NCBI GenBank assembly: GCA_964035545.1
Contig: OZ037768.1
Location: 3,752,741 to 3,816,740, forward strand
DNA: 64,000 bases
Source of the DNA: Bugula neritina
Lineage: Eukaryota > Animalia > Bryozoa
Direction: 5' to 3'
This document shows, in pieces, positions 11,501 to 24,200 of this stretch. The notes under the pieces are model-generated. The model was not told where the DNA came from. It made no database searches and worked only from the letters and a program-made list of their open reading frames with translations. Each line of letters begins with the position of its first letter. Positions within the stretch are counted from its first letter, which is position 1. The position numbers and the translations under genes were made by a program.

Positions 11501-13309
11501 TAATCTTTGTCTGGTATACAACTAATTTTTTCAGGGGTGACTATTTAATGATGCAACTATTACTATCCTTTTGGTTGCTGGTTGAGATACGCTGGTATGG
11601 TATCTTCAATATTTAATTATATTTTAATTTGATAATTTAATTTCGACTATGTTATATAAAAGCATGGCTTATTAGTTTTGGAGTTGTTTTGTTGAATACT
11701 TTGCATAGGTCTACAGAGTGAGTATTGGTGAAATGTAAACTATTGAAGTATGTATAGCATTATTAAATAGTAGGCTTATAATGTGGTCATGTATCTGAGG
11801 CTAAAGCTTAATTAATTTAGTTATGTGTTTTTATATTGATTTCATTTGTTTAAAGTTAAGCACAGTTGTTGTTTGGGTCAAGTTCACCTTTGTAGGTGTT
11901 TAAGTAATAAATAGTGGCCAGTCTGTTATCTCTATATAGCCCAAGGGGCCATTCATTGTTTTTGAGATCTTGTCTAATAGATACCAGCCCTTCAGCACAC
12001 AGTTATAGTACACTCAATCCAAGGAGCCACATCAAATAAGCTAGCATTGCTCTGTCTTTCATATGCCAACTCAAGATTACAGCAAATACTTCAGCTAGCA
12101 TAGAGTGTAAAACTAAAATTTATCTGGTGATTTGAGTTAGACAGTTTGTTTAGTGAAATATATGAATTTTACTAGAATATATTGTGTGCTGTTGACAGAT
12201 AAGGATCTAGTCAACTGTTGCACTATGGGTAGAATTGCTTATTTTTAAAGACTGATGGTACAACTCCAGACAGATTTTTTAAAGAAATATAGTTTAGTTG
12301 CTGACATATGCATACAGCTTGCTGTTGATATTAACTATGTATATAATATGCCTACTTTCCCAAGCTCAGATTTTGAGGGAGTGGTGAGATGACCAACAGG
12401 GAAGTTATCTTTGTGGTTTTTATAATGGATATGCAAGCAGCTTTCTGGGTTTATAATACCTCTATTATGTTTTCTAGTTGCAGTTAGACGGTTCCTTGTT
12501 TACTTTAGTTACTACTTGACAATTTGTATACTTCTTGCACATTCCTGCATTAACCTGACAACTTCTGATATTTGGTACTTCTATGGGTATATGCTTCTCT
12601 TACTCACTGGGTGTCAATATTGATTGTCAGGTTAATCTTTCTGTGGAAGTTTTTCTAAACTGTATAGAGTGGCTGAATCCAGCACTTGTACCTCAAATTG
12701 TTGCAGTGCAGGTATTAATAGAGGTGACAATGAGCACTTCTAATGCTACACTAACATTTGTATGCCAACGAAAAAAACTAACATTATATGCAATTAACAC
12801 ACACTAGTTAATTTTGGGCAGTAACATTGATTATGAAATAATGTTTTATACATTATTTTATACTCAAAGTTTATACAATATTTACCTGAAAGGTTTTGTC
12901 TGCACAATGTTGCGATATTATGGTGTACACCTTTTATTATCTCCACTATCTGTTTATCACATAGCCTTAGAGCACTTTTATGAGACTTATCGCTACGCTA
13001 TGTCAAGGTTCTTTCCTTGCCAGCACAGAACAAAGACCCTGGCCTACACATCTCACATTGTCTATAGCCAAAGACTTCTAGTTTTATTGAGAATTACATT
13101 TCCAAGCTTTCAAGTTCCGTCATATGTGTGATTATAGATTGAATAGAACCCATAAACTTGAAAAATATATATATAATTTTAAGCTGTTTAAAAAAAGTAA
13201 GTGAAAAATAGGTCAAGTAAAAAATAATTCACATATATATATACAGCAAAGGGTATTCTGGGTATTTTGTGATGTCACACTTGTTGCTACATCAACTCTG
13301 TTTTACAGT

Positions 13310-16204
13310 TCATTCAGCTATGGGCCACCCAAGTTTATCAAGAAGGCGGTCTCGCTGCATTAGATTTAAGACAGAAATGACCGTCTGTTTAACGGCAGGC
13401 AATTTACATTTGTGAGAGTTTGCCACATGAAGCTTATACCAATGATCAAGTATAATTTCCACTACCTGATACCGATACTTGCAACTGAACTCATCGAACA
13501 TGTCTAAATCATCATGGTCCAACAGCATCACATGACTGGCGAATGTTTTCCACATGGCACCTTGCTCAACATCATACTCTACTAAGTCTAGCTGCCAACA
13601 GAATGTTTGTCTTTCGAATTTAGTCATTCCAAGAGGACAATGATCTGTGGAAGTTGCCCCACCTTTGGCTACATTATTGAGACACTCGGAGAGTGTGCTT
13701 TCAACATGATCACTGAAAGACTCAGTTGATGCGTTACTACACTCACTGCTGAGTCTGTGCAACAATTTAGGTGGTTCATATATCTCTTCGTGCGGGATGG
13801 CATCGCTGTCTATGGAGGATGGGTCAAACCGAGCAGTGCGGAGAAACTGATTGAACCGCTGGGAAGGAGGTCTTGACAAGACTAATCCAATGTGTTCTAA
13901 TTTCTTTGGTAAAAAAGGTGCCAGTTCATCCAAGTCTTTATATACCGTTTGTGGAGAAAATGCCGGAACCTGTAAGTCAAACCATTTTGGATCCACAACC
14001 AGACGAGGCAGTGTAGGTGATCGACACTGGAGTGCTTCGTTGCTTATTTCTTGTGGTTTCGGTATGTTTGGTAACATCTTTACTTCCTGAAACTCTCTAT
14101 ATACCCTGTCATAGGTGATACAGTGAAGTAATTGGTAGGTGCGGATGGTGTTATCAGCCACAGTACGGAATTTGATGTCGTGCATTTGAGATGAATCTTC
14201 TTGTGGTAATATGACTATTTCTTTGGAGGATTTATTATAAATATAACCTAAAAATAGATATTCTGTCATTATTTACTTAGATTCTAGGTAGTCTCTTTAG
14301 CATTAGATTACTAACGCAAGTAGAGTTATGGTTTAGTGGAATAATAGAAAGTTAGCCTGAAGGTAAAACTTCATTTAATATGATATTTGATATACAAATT
14401 ACATGCAGACAACTAATGTAACACAGCTAGTAAAGATGACACTTCGAAAATATGTCAGTTAGTAAATATGTCAGTTAGTAAATATGTCAGTTAGTAAATA
14501 TGTCAGATAGTAAATATGTCAGCTAGTAAAGGTGTCAGCCAGTAAAGGTGTCAGCTAGTAAAGGTATCAGCTATTAATAAGGATGAACACACCTGAGATA
14601 TTAGAACAGAATTGATCTATTGCAGAGTATTTTGAAAAAATGAAATCCAGCGAAACAATGGCTATAAATCTCTTGGAACACTGCAGTTCATACAGACCAC
14701 CATCTACAAAACAGAAAGCAAACTTGAAACAGCAGTTCAACACTAGAAATCAGATTATTGACTGAGGAGATACTGTACTAGCAGACTAGGAGACTTGTTA
14801 GGGGATATTAGCAGATATAACTCACTGTCAGCTGACTTCATTTGAAACTGTTTGGTGTACGACTGGCGATGTAGCTTGTCTCTCACCGCCTTAAAGGTGA
14901 CGGAATTAGCGGCAGCACTTGACAAGTGTGCGTAGCACCAGCCTGACGTCTGAGATTTCTTCCGGTAGAATAGTAATAAATGGTCATCATCTGGTCTAAA
15001 ACAACTTACATTCATTTAAAAAAATAGTATTTTTGTAAATTTGTTTTGAATATGTTGCAATGGGTTTGCTAAGTCAAAGTAGTGAACAACCCGACTATTA
15101 TGAAGGTAGGTGCAGTAATGGAGAAATTGAGAAAAGCCTGTGTTATAGACTAGAAATGTAGTAAAAAAAGTCATGTTCATGCAAGAATTTCAACCGGCAC
15201 CCCAAACCAAAATTTAATAAGAAAATTAAAGAACTTGGGCTATCTCAATTTCTTCACTATCGCTCCTATAAAGTGGATCTAGTTTTGCTAGGCATTGCCA
15301 TTAGTTGTGTGTGTTGAACTGAAACCTCAGCCCCTATGAATTTTAGTATAATTGACAGAATGGGAGAGGAAGATACAAAAGTTGATTAGCAATAACTGGT
15401 GTTTTTACCTAGTCCTACAGCAGTCAGTATACACATGTCAACTGTATGTAAGTGTCAAGCTGATCACACAATGTCCTATACTACATGACTTTACTTCTTT
15501 CCATGCCTTAATAACTAGAATCCTTAAACTACCCTTGTGTAAAAAGTCAGTGACAAGTAGGATATGATTTCGTTGTCATATGGGGTCAAGATCCTTTACC
15601 TTCAAAATAGCGATATTTAAGAAATAGCAGGTACTATAGCATAATATTAACTATCAATAAACTGCTATAGGGGTAATAGCAGCAAAAATAGTAGTCATTG
15701 TGGTGGACTACAGTAGAAGTACTAGAGGACTAGAGGGGGTGGTGGTGGTGGCAGAGGCAGCAGTGGCAGTAATAGGTAGCAGTAGTAGGTTATAGTAGTA
15801 GCAGCAGCAGTAGGTAGTAGTAGTAGTAGTAGCAGTAGCAGTAGTAGTAGCAGTAGCAGTAGTAGCAGCAGTAGTAGTAGCAGTAGTAGTAGTAGTAGAT
15901 AGTAGTAGGTAGTAATAGTAGTAGTAATAGTAGTAGAAGGTAGTAGTAGCATGAGTAGTAGTATATTTCATAACAATAGTTTTACCTACTTTTTCTTATG
16001 TTCCAGCTTAGCTGAAACAATAGCAGCAATATCCTCTAATTCAATCTCTTCTAACACTTTGGTTTTCTTTTTCTTAGACAATTTGCTAATTTTTAGACTA
16101 GGACGACTGCCAGCTGTAGTGAATTCTACTTGGGCATCATAGCATTTACATCTTTTCCCATGAGTTATAAAAGTTGTAACAAATCCTTCATTTGAAGTTA
16201 TCAT
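13310..16204 (-). CDS. Paralogue B: putative PH/PTB(Dok/IRS-like) adaptor with C-terminal death domain, ~477 aa
   Basis: Exons 16204-15990 (alternative in-frame ATG at 16240), 14995-14826, 14703-14593 and 14247-13310; GT-AG sites, phases 2/1/1, open frame. Shares the motifs GW, F.(L/M)(R/K)S, ELQ, S.RF..F, YxxP and CP.GM...WK.F...LDHWYKL with A and C. Confidence 0.85.
14448..14573. repeat. 16-bp minisatellite (AAATATGTCAGTTAGT grading to AAAGGTGTCAGCTAGT)
   Basis: Tandem units in intron 3 of paralogue B. Confidence 0.85.
15109..15266 (+). mobile_element. ~155-bp MITE family 1 (TA-flanked, Tc1/mariner-type), near full-length copy
   Basis: Starts ta|GGTGCAGTAATGGAGAAATTGAGA and ends TCTCAATTTCTTCACTATCGCTCC|ta (degenerate ~24-bp TIR, TA on both sides). 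Interior matches five other copies in the window. Lies in intron 1 of paralogue B. Confidence 0.8.
15710..15962. repeat. Compound AGT/AGC trinucleotide microsatellite
   Basis: (AGT)n/(AGC)n tract starting ~25 nt into intron 1 of paralogue B; source of the spurious poly-L/poly-T ORFs. Confidence 0.9.
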
Positions 16205-19057
16205 CTCACGATTATATGTCGCGCTATGTAAAATATGCATTGACAGCTGTTATTAGAGACATAATATAAAACATAGTTTATTAATTACTGATAGCCTAAA
16301 TTCAAGGTCTATCACAAAAAACAGCTTCTCCAATACTACATATGATTCGTAAGCAATAGGCCATCAACAGAGTCAGTGTCACCCTTTAAAGCCGACTCTG
16401 TACAAGACTGGAAGTTCATTTTACACTATATTCACTCATGGTCATGGTTTTGGTCTAAGGGCTATGCTTTTGAAAACGGTTACTTGAGTGACACTAACTG
16501 ATTTCCACCAATTATAATTTTGCTAATTTTTAGATCTTAGGCTATTGGACTATAATAGGACTATTAGTATTACATTATAATTACTATTAGCTACCTCTTA
16601 GAGCCAAAGTAAACCCTTTTAAATAGAAGCAGCTGGTAAAACCAAATTGAAATTACGCTGAATACTACATGCTCATAGTGATAGTACTAGTTATACTTAT
16701 ATATTACGTACAATTATATTAGTATTACATCATTTACCACTTTGACTTTAGGTGTAAGACTCCAGCTGTAGTTAGTGTTACACTAGATCTGTAGCTGTAT
16801 GTGAGTTAGAAGAATCACTATGACTATCAGAATGAGAATTCTACAGTTGGAGATTAGTAGACGTAGTGACTTGCACTACTCTTAGCTCCAACAATAACTC
16901 TAGTAGTAGTATCAGAGTATCACTATCAGTTAGAACTCAGAGCGAGAGTGATACAGATATGAAATAAGATCACGTGTACCTTTGGCTTTAGGCTTTAACC
17001 CTTTGATATCAGTATGCAACTGCTATAGGCGACAATTCCACAACATAAATTCTGACAAGTACTATAATAATTATTATAAAATGTAATTAATCATCATTGA
17101 TGTCTTGATATATTGATGTCAATTTCGGTATCAGTAGGAGACGTGCTAACGTCTATTATCGCTTCGCTTACCAGTACTGTGGTGGTCATTCAGAAGTTTA
17201 CTCTCAACTCATACTCGTCACCTATTGGTTAAATCGGTGAACTATGACATACTAGCTACAAAATAATATTATTATAGTGGGCTACAACTACTAAAGCATG
17301 ATCATATGAAATGATTGCTTCCCCCACATTCCGTCATTATTATTCATAAAAATATATAAGACGTAAAGCCGTCCTGTATTTTAGCCGAATGCATAATGGT
17401 TTGGAGGAACTTCTATTCGTTTTTCTACCCACGAAAAATGTTACCAGCTTCTGGGTGACTGGCATAGTTGAAGTAGCTTTACATAAGTAATTAATTCACT
17501 TTAAGGAATTCGTTTGAAAGAGGAACAAACGCAAACCTTATACAACATTATGACTTCATTGGATCACAGTTAACTTGCAGCCTACAGACTTTCAAAACTA
17601 AATACAAGTTGGTTTCAAAATCGAAAAGCAAAACTCGACTATTTAAACCGTCTAACCAATCATGCCATATTCAGCAAAAAAGTTCCAGAATACTTTCAAA
17701 CTTAACATAGCTACTTTTAACAAGTTCCAACTTTGAAGGCATGGACAGCTTGTTTTAGGAATGCCCTGTCCAGTTAGTGAGGGCCTGAGTCTATGATTAT
17801 AATAGGAAATCAAGTAATATTAAAGGGCTATAACCCCACACCCTCTGCTGTCACAGTATCTGCTACAATATATTCTAGTTATATGGCAGCAGTCAATAAC
17901 CGTTTTCTAAAATAAAATTGACTTTTTATCCTTGCCTGAAAAATACATTATATGTATAATGGGTATCAATTAAATTATATTGTGATAGTGGAAAATAGCA
18001 CTTATTAGGAACTAAACCTATCATTCTGTCATAAATGGTGAGTTATTTTTTCCCCAAAAAGTTAGATAACATCCAACAGGGCATCACAGGAGCCAACTCT
18101 AGGTTATCAAGTGCTGTGAGGCAACTATGAGGGGTCATATTTTCTTGAAATAAAAAAGTATATTTAAAGATACAAATGTAGCATGATACAGCGTGGTACA
18201 ACTGCTTGTATTATCTGTGGTTTAATCCAATTATTTATTAGAAGCATTTCCTAATAGTGGGACACCCACTGAGATGATTCATTATAAATCTAGTTACCAT
18301 GGCAATAGCACAACAAATACACTATTTCTTTTATGCATGGGAATAGCGTAGACTGTAGAATGTAGATCAATGAAACCACAACTACAAATCCATTGCAGAT
18401 CTATTCGAATCATGGCAATGTAGTGTATGTTGCGCATGCAGAGTTTTAAATTTATTGTCTCCAGTTTCAGCTAATTCACAAATAAGTGTTAAAGTTTGAA
18501 GCTGTCTGCTTTATTTCATAAGCAGACAACTTCTCATGCAACAAGCAGTCACCAAAACTTAGGCGTTTCTAAAAACTGTAATTCTGTACCTAAAACAGAA
18601 TCTATGGGCCTACACCTCAACGAAACTCATTAATCTCGACTCATCTCAGCTACAACTAAAGACATCTGTTTACACTTTCCACCAGCAGCTTCACATCTTG
18701 CAGAGGCCTACATGTTATACTCATGTGGAGAAAACTGTATTGCTGATGAATCACTAATTAGAAAGCTATAACACTATGACTATTCCAACTAAATGTGCAC
18801 ACTGCTGACTATTGCCTGAACGACTGACAACTTTACTGTAATAAACTAGGGCGCTTTCGGATTCCCTACGCGTAGCCTTACTGGGCTCATCGATGAATTA
18901 GCTCACTTTCTCCCCATCGAGTACTCTTCGATGAGCTTCTTTTTCGATGGGGTAAGCGATGGCTACTTTGTTCTGCTGTGAGATTAACACCATATAACTT
19001 CAGCATGGAACATGCCTGTAACAGCAACCTCGCCTTTTGTAATCGTTTGGTGGGGGT

Positions 19058-19195
19058 GGTGAAGAAATATTTTTAATAGCTCAGATACTTTAGTTTTCTT
19101 AAATAAATTTTGGTTTAAGGTTGAAATAACATAACTTCTTTTGCTACATTTCTAATCTAGAACACAGGTTTTTCTTAATTTGTTCATTACTGTAA
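19058..19195 (-). mobile_element. MITE family 1 copy, reverse orientation, degenerate
   Basis: AACATAACTTCTTTTGCTACATTTCTAATCTAGAACACAGGTTTTTCTTAATTTGTTCATTACTG matches the reverse complement of the family core. Confidence 0.7.
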
Positions 19196-19334
19196 TCCAT
19201 TTAGTTAACACACCAGATGATACATAATAATATCATCTCATAAGACATAATTAAGCTATAATTGGTAGAAATGCTAGCCACTACTAACTGCTATTTCCTC
19301 ATTGATGAAAAACACTAAACTCTCAATAAACAAT

Positions 19335-19486
19335 GGATTGTTCCATAAGCAGCGCGGGTTGGTGATGAAAGACTACTTTAGTTTGAGGTTCTCAAGTATG
19401 GAGTTAGGTCCCTCAACTCCAAACTTGAGAACCACAAACTAAAATAATCCTTGACCCCCAACTTGGTGCTGCTTATAAAACAATAC
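19335..19486. mobile_element. Mutator (MULE)-like fold-back MITE, 152 bp
   Basis: The whole element is an imperfect palindrome with ~70-bp arms (e.g. TTTAGTTTGAGGTTCTCAAGTATGGAGTT / AACTCCAAACTTGAGAACCACAAACTAAA). It begins with G, ends with C, and is flanked by an exact 9-bp direct repeat ATAAACAAT (19326-19334 and 19487-19495). Confidence 0.8.
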
Positions 19487-20523
19487 ATAAACAATAATCC
19501 ACTATTAGAGTGAATCAAGTCGATTGTATTTGAATACAGGTTGTCCTCCCTTTTCTATCTGACTTACAAATTCTGCAACTTCAAAATAAGTTGCTTTCAA
19601 ATAAATCAATAGATGTTTTTAAAAAAAAATAACTTCGCTATAGTAACCATGCTCACAATCTTCTTAAACTTTATATTTCATTTTTATTATTTCTGAAGAA
19701 ATTTCTATTCTAATCCATTCTTGATTATCCAGCTGCTTACAGGTGGATTTACATTCTACGTGTTATAATCTAAAAGGATGATATTGAAATATCCTAAAAC
19801 AGTTGTAGTAATCAACTCAATGAATTTTGATTTTACTCTGTAAGAATGATCTGCTTTTGGAGGTAACAGGGAAGTGAACTGTGGCTAAGTAGTGAGACAA
19901 CAACTTCAAAAAACTAACAGAGTGGTCCACTTATTCCAGCCCCAGTCTATCTTACTACTAGCATAAATAATATATAAATACCTTATAATCAACTATATAT
20001 ATACTGCTCTCCACAATAATATCTAAGGCAAATTATGAAAGTTTTGGGAAACGACCTATTAGAGCTGCATAAATGATGCAGTACAAATTATATTGCAAAG
20101 AGCACACAACTCTAATATTTTAGTTATTGCATTTAAATTGGAAATTAGACTTGTAATTTACAAGTATTTCCATTTTCAAAGGCTGAGTGAGTGTTCACAA
20201 CAGCTGGAACTATTTTGCTTATACATAATATATGCATATATAGGCTACAATGGAGAAATGCCATATCAATAAGCAACAATTTAATATCCAGAGGTGTGGG
20301 TTGTCACACCTCTTCCATCTCTGATTTGGCTGGAAACAAAAATGTGTAAAGTTTGCCATTCTAAAACAATCACTACCCACATTACTCTATGCCGATAGGA
20401 AGGTGCGAAGAAGCTGCTTTACTGAGCCCAGGTTTTAACAAACAATTTTATCAAAACAGTTGCCGACTTACAATTTAGATACTTGAAACTCTAGGGCCTA
20501 GGCTAACCTCCAGACTTAGCCTA

Positions 20524-20826
20524 GGGCCACACTGTGCGTAGCAAAGGTGTCCACTGTAGCGTCAGTGGTGCGTGATAAATAAAGCATTCATTTTTAAATC
20601 GCACTCGCTTTCAATAAAACGCAATTTACTAGAATGTAGCACTAAAATAAAGAAATTGGGCTCGCTGAATAACTACCAGCCAATTAGGTGACGACGACAG
20701 AGACGATTCGTACTTGCGTTGAAAATGCAGAGCGACAAGTGCGAATGTTTTCTCAACGCGCACAGTGGACACCTTTGCTACTTGTGATTTCAATTTTCGC
20801 GTGCGAAAATACGCACCGTGTGGCCC
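20524..20826. mobile_element. 303-bp non-autonomous TIR DNA transposon (MITE)
   Basis: TIRs GGGCCACACTGTGCGTA / TACGCACCGTGTGGCCC with TA on both sides, plus a perfect 20-bp subterminal inverted repeat GTAGCAAAGGTGTCCACTGT (20538-20557) / ACAGTGGACACCTTTGCTAC (20762-20781). CpG-rich relative to flanks. Superfamily uncertain. Confidence 0.8.
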
Positions 20827-21213
20827 TAGGCTTACGGGTGCTAGGCCACACAACCCTGTGTTGATTTAGGACCTTCTGCTAAATCTATCAGTGCTCAGCA
20901 TGAAGTTCATGCATGCTAGTCATTTGCAATTTCTATGAATGGTGACATTCAGCTAAATAAATTTCTTATGCAGAAATATTGTTTCATGTACGATGAAATA
21001 CTTATGCAATAATGATAAGAATAGATAGAAATATAAAGCTATAAAGGTCAGTTTTATGCTGATAAAATTTTGATTTTGTATTGCACAAGGAGAGGTATAT
21101 TAGAAATAAAAAACTAATAAAGAAGCAATATTTGGCACATAAATAAAGCAAGTAATGTTATATACAAAATATAAAATACAGTAAAAATACAAAAATAATA
21201 TTCTAAATTATAA

Positions 21214-24200
21214 CTACTCATCTTGCCAGCCCATGTGGTATAAGAGATCAAGTTTATCTAAATTGTGTAGAACTTGTATAATAGAATGTTTGGTAGCTGG
21301 AAGTAGACACTTAGCTGACCCGAGTGAGTAGAGTTTATACCAATGATCTAACACCACCTCCACAACCTGGCATCTATATTTACAACTAAACTCATCAATC
21401 ATCTCCAAGTCAGTCTGATCAAGACTCATGACTGACACGGCAAACACTTTCCACCCTTCACCGAGGAGCACGTCTCGTTCTACTAAATCCAGTCTCCAGC
21501 ATAGAGTTTCTCTCTCACTCCGTAGCATACCTATAGGACAAGGGTCTGCGTATATAGACGCACCTCTACGCATCTGTCTAAAACATTCCGCCAAAGTATT
21601 TTCCACATTTTCTTTCACAAATCTATCAGGTTTTATTTCGGGATAGTTTTGGATGACCTGTGAGAACCGAGGACGTCGATAAACTACATCCTGTCTGACT
21701 ACCTGTTCAGAATCGGTAATTGTCTCCACCATTGTGGGCTCAATATTGTTGACTTGATTGAGAAACACGTTGAACCTATGTGAAGGTCGTTTAGTGCACA
21801 CTCTCTGAATATGGCGGTACTTCCTTTCTAAATATGGCTGAATATCAGCTGATGCCTCGTTATATATGTCAATGCCGGGATTTTCTGGATTTGGTGGAAC
21901 ACGCACAGGCAGCCAGAATGGTTTTTCGGAGAACTTTGGTACCGACCCACATGCATATTCTGGAGGTATTGGAGGTTTACGGAGAGGTGCAGGAGGACAA
22001 ACAGGCACACGCATTGGTTGAGCGGTGGGCGTAGGTGGCAGAGGGGATGATGGGTCCCTGGATTGTAAAGTTGTAGATACTTCCCTAGAGATTCTGTCTG
22101 CAGTTGTCCCAAACTTACATTTGTATCTCAGTACAGCACCTTTGGCTGTTTGAAAGACTATACTAGTAGTCGTAGTCGAGGCATTTGATTGGTTATACAG
22201 ATTAAGTTCATTTTCTGATTTGCTGAAAATGCATTCTACAATATTACAAAGAAAATGCTTTTAAGTAACTCATTTAGCTGTGGTTTATGTATATACGTCT
22301 AATAAAAGTGATAATTACTGTAAAGGCTTGAGGAGTTGTCTCTATTACAGTTTGAAAATGAGAATACAGCTAACAATTAATTGGTACAGTCAATACTTCG
22401 ATGAAAAAGGAATCTCAAGTTCTATTACAAAAATACAGATGATTCATACACATTTTCCTTATGTTTAAGACATTCACCTGACATTGATGTGAGCAGCCAA
22501 TAGAAAACATGCAAGCCTTAGTAAACATTGCCTCTATGTGAGTTCAAATATGTCAAAAGTTTTGAAGATCTATCAAAAGAAAGCTTTGTTGGCTATGAAG
22601 CTGCAGGTATATATTCACAGTGTACAGAAAAGTTAAATTCTACCTGCACAGCTTTGTTAATATTTAAATTTTAGAATCTACCATGTGCGAGGTAAATAAA
22701 AATTGCATCTGTCGTTGAAAATTGGAAATATAAAGCCATTAATTTTGATCTATGGATTGAAAAAAAATAAGGTGCTAGCAGTAGCTAGCTACTTGGATAT
22801 TTTAGGGGCCAAAGAGTGACAAACATTTCACTGACTGATAGTGACAAAAAAGTAGAGGGGAATGGGACCCCCCCTCCACCAGAAACATGTTAGAATGCCT
22901 TAGGTGCGTAGGTGTAAAGCATACCTGTAATAAGTTTGAAGTACTGTACCATATCTTTACACTTGAAGGGTATAGTAGAAGACTGGTCATCCGGTATAAT
23001 AGATACGTACTTCAAGGAACACTGCAGCTCGTAAGGCGTGTTATCTGCGAACAGACATAAAAAAACATGTTGTTATGAGATGAGTTAACTTCCTCCTATC
23101 TCAGTATAAAAGTCCTAATTAACAAATTAGAATGTCCTTTCCAGGTGAAAAACAACAGATTATTACCAAGTGTTTAAATAAAGATTCAACAAATATACTG
23201 GAAACTAATTAAAAAGTTAGTTATACTACATTTATATTATTTATACAGCATGATGTATATTATATTCTACTATACGGCTTAACTAACTTGAAGGTGGTAC
23301 ACATTTTAACTCCATGCCGAAAATATGATTTTATATTTCAGTTATATTAAAAAGGCATTTAGAACTAGTTACTACAAATAATGATATAGAACAGAGCTGG
23401 TTCTACACAGGGCCAACTATTGGTGTCATGTTTCAAGCCTTGCAGTGTAGTTACCAGTTACTAGTTACTACTTAGGCTTGTTAAAACTACGTGTGACACA
23501 GTGAACATTTTATACCAAATAATTGTTGCAGAAAAACTGCATCATCAATCAATTGCATGTTACATAAATCAAAACCTTTGCATTTGGTAGTATTTGATGA
23601 GATGTTAAATAAAAAACCAATTTGAGAAATTTCTATGCTGAGGTTTTAGACAGTGAAAGCCATTGACTGCCAGATGACCTTCTTTTCAGCTAACTGTTGG
23701 CGAAGTTTACATCCGCAGATGTCACTAAAGTGTGTGCTGCGTGTGTGTGTGCTGCGTGTGTGTGTGCTGCGTGTGTGTGTGCTGCGTGTGTGTGTGTGTG
23801 TGCTGTGTGTGTGCTGCGTGTGTGCTGCGTGTGTGTGTGTGTGCTGTGCGTGTGTGCTGTGTGTGTGTGTGTGTGTGTGCTGTGTGTGTGCTGTGTGTGT
23901 GCTGTGTGTGTGCTGCGTGTGTGCTGCGTGTGTGTGTGCTGTGTGTGTGCTGTATGTGTATGTGCTGTGTGTGTGTGCTGTGTGTGTGTGCTGTATGCAT
24001 GTGTGTGTGTGCTGCGAGTGTGTGTGCTGTGTGCTGCATGTGTGTAATGCACCAGAAGAGTAAATGCTTCAAACATTCTACCAGGAATGTAGGAGTAGCT
24101 TTACGTATTGAAGAACGATATTTTGCAATAAAATTTGAATATGTGCAGTGCTCATTTCACTTGCAACAGAATGTGATGTAGCAAGTGAAATCCAAGCGAT

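Noticed and set aside
15708-15971. Poly-Leu and poly-Thr/Tyr ORFs
   Set aside because: Derived from the AGT/AGC microsatellite in an intron.
23653-24181. Cys/Val-rich and His/Thr-rich ORFs in five frames (metallothionein-like appearance)
   Set aside because: They are translations of a (GT)n compound microsatellite inside intron 2 of paralogue C.
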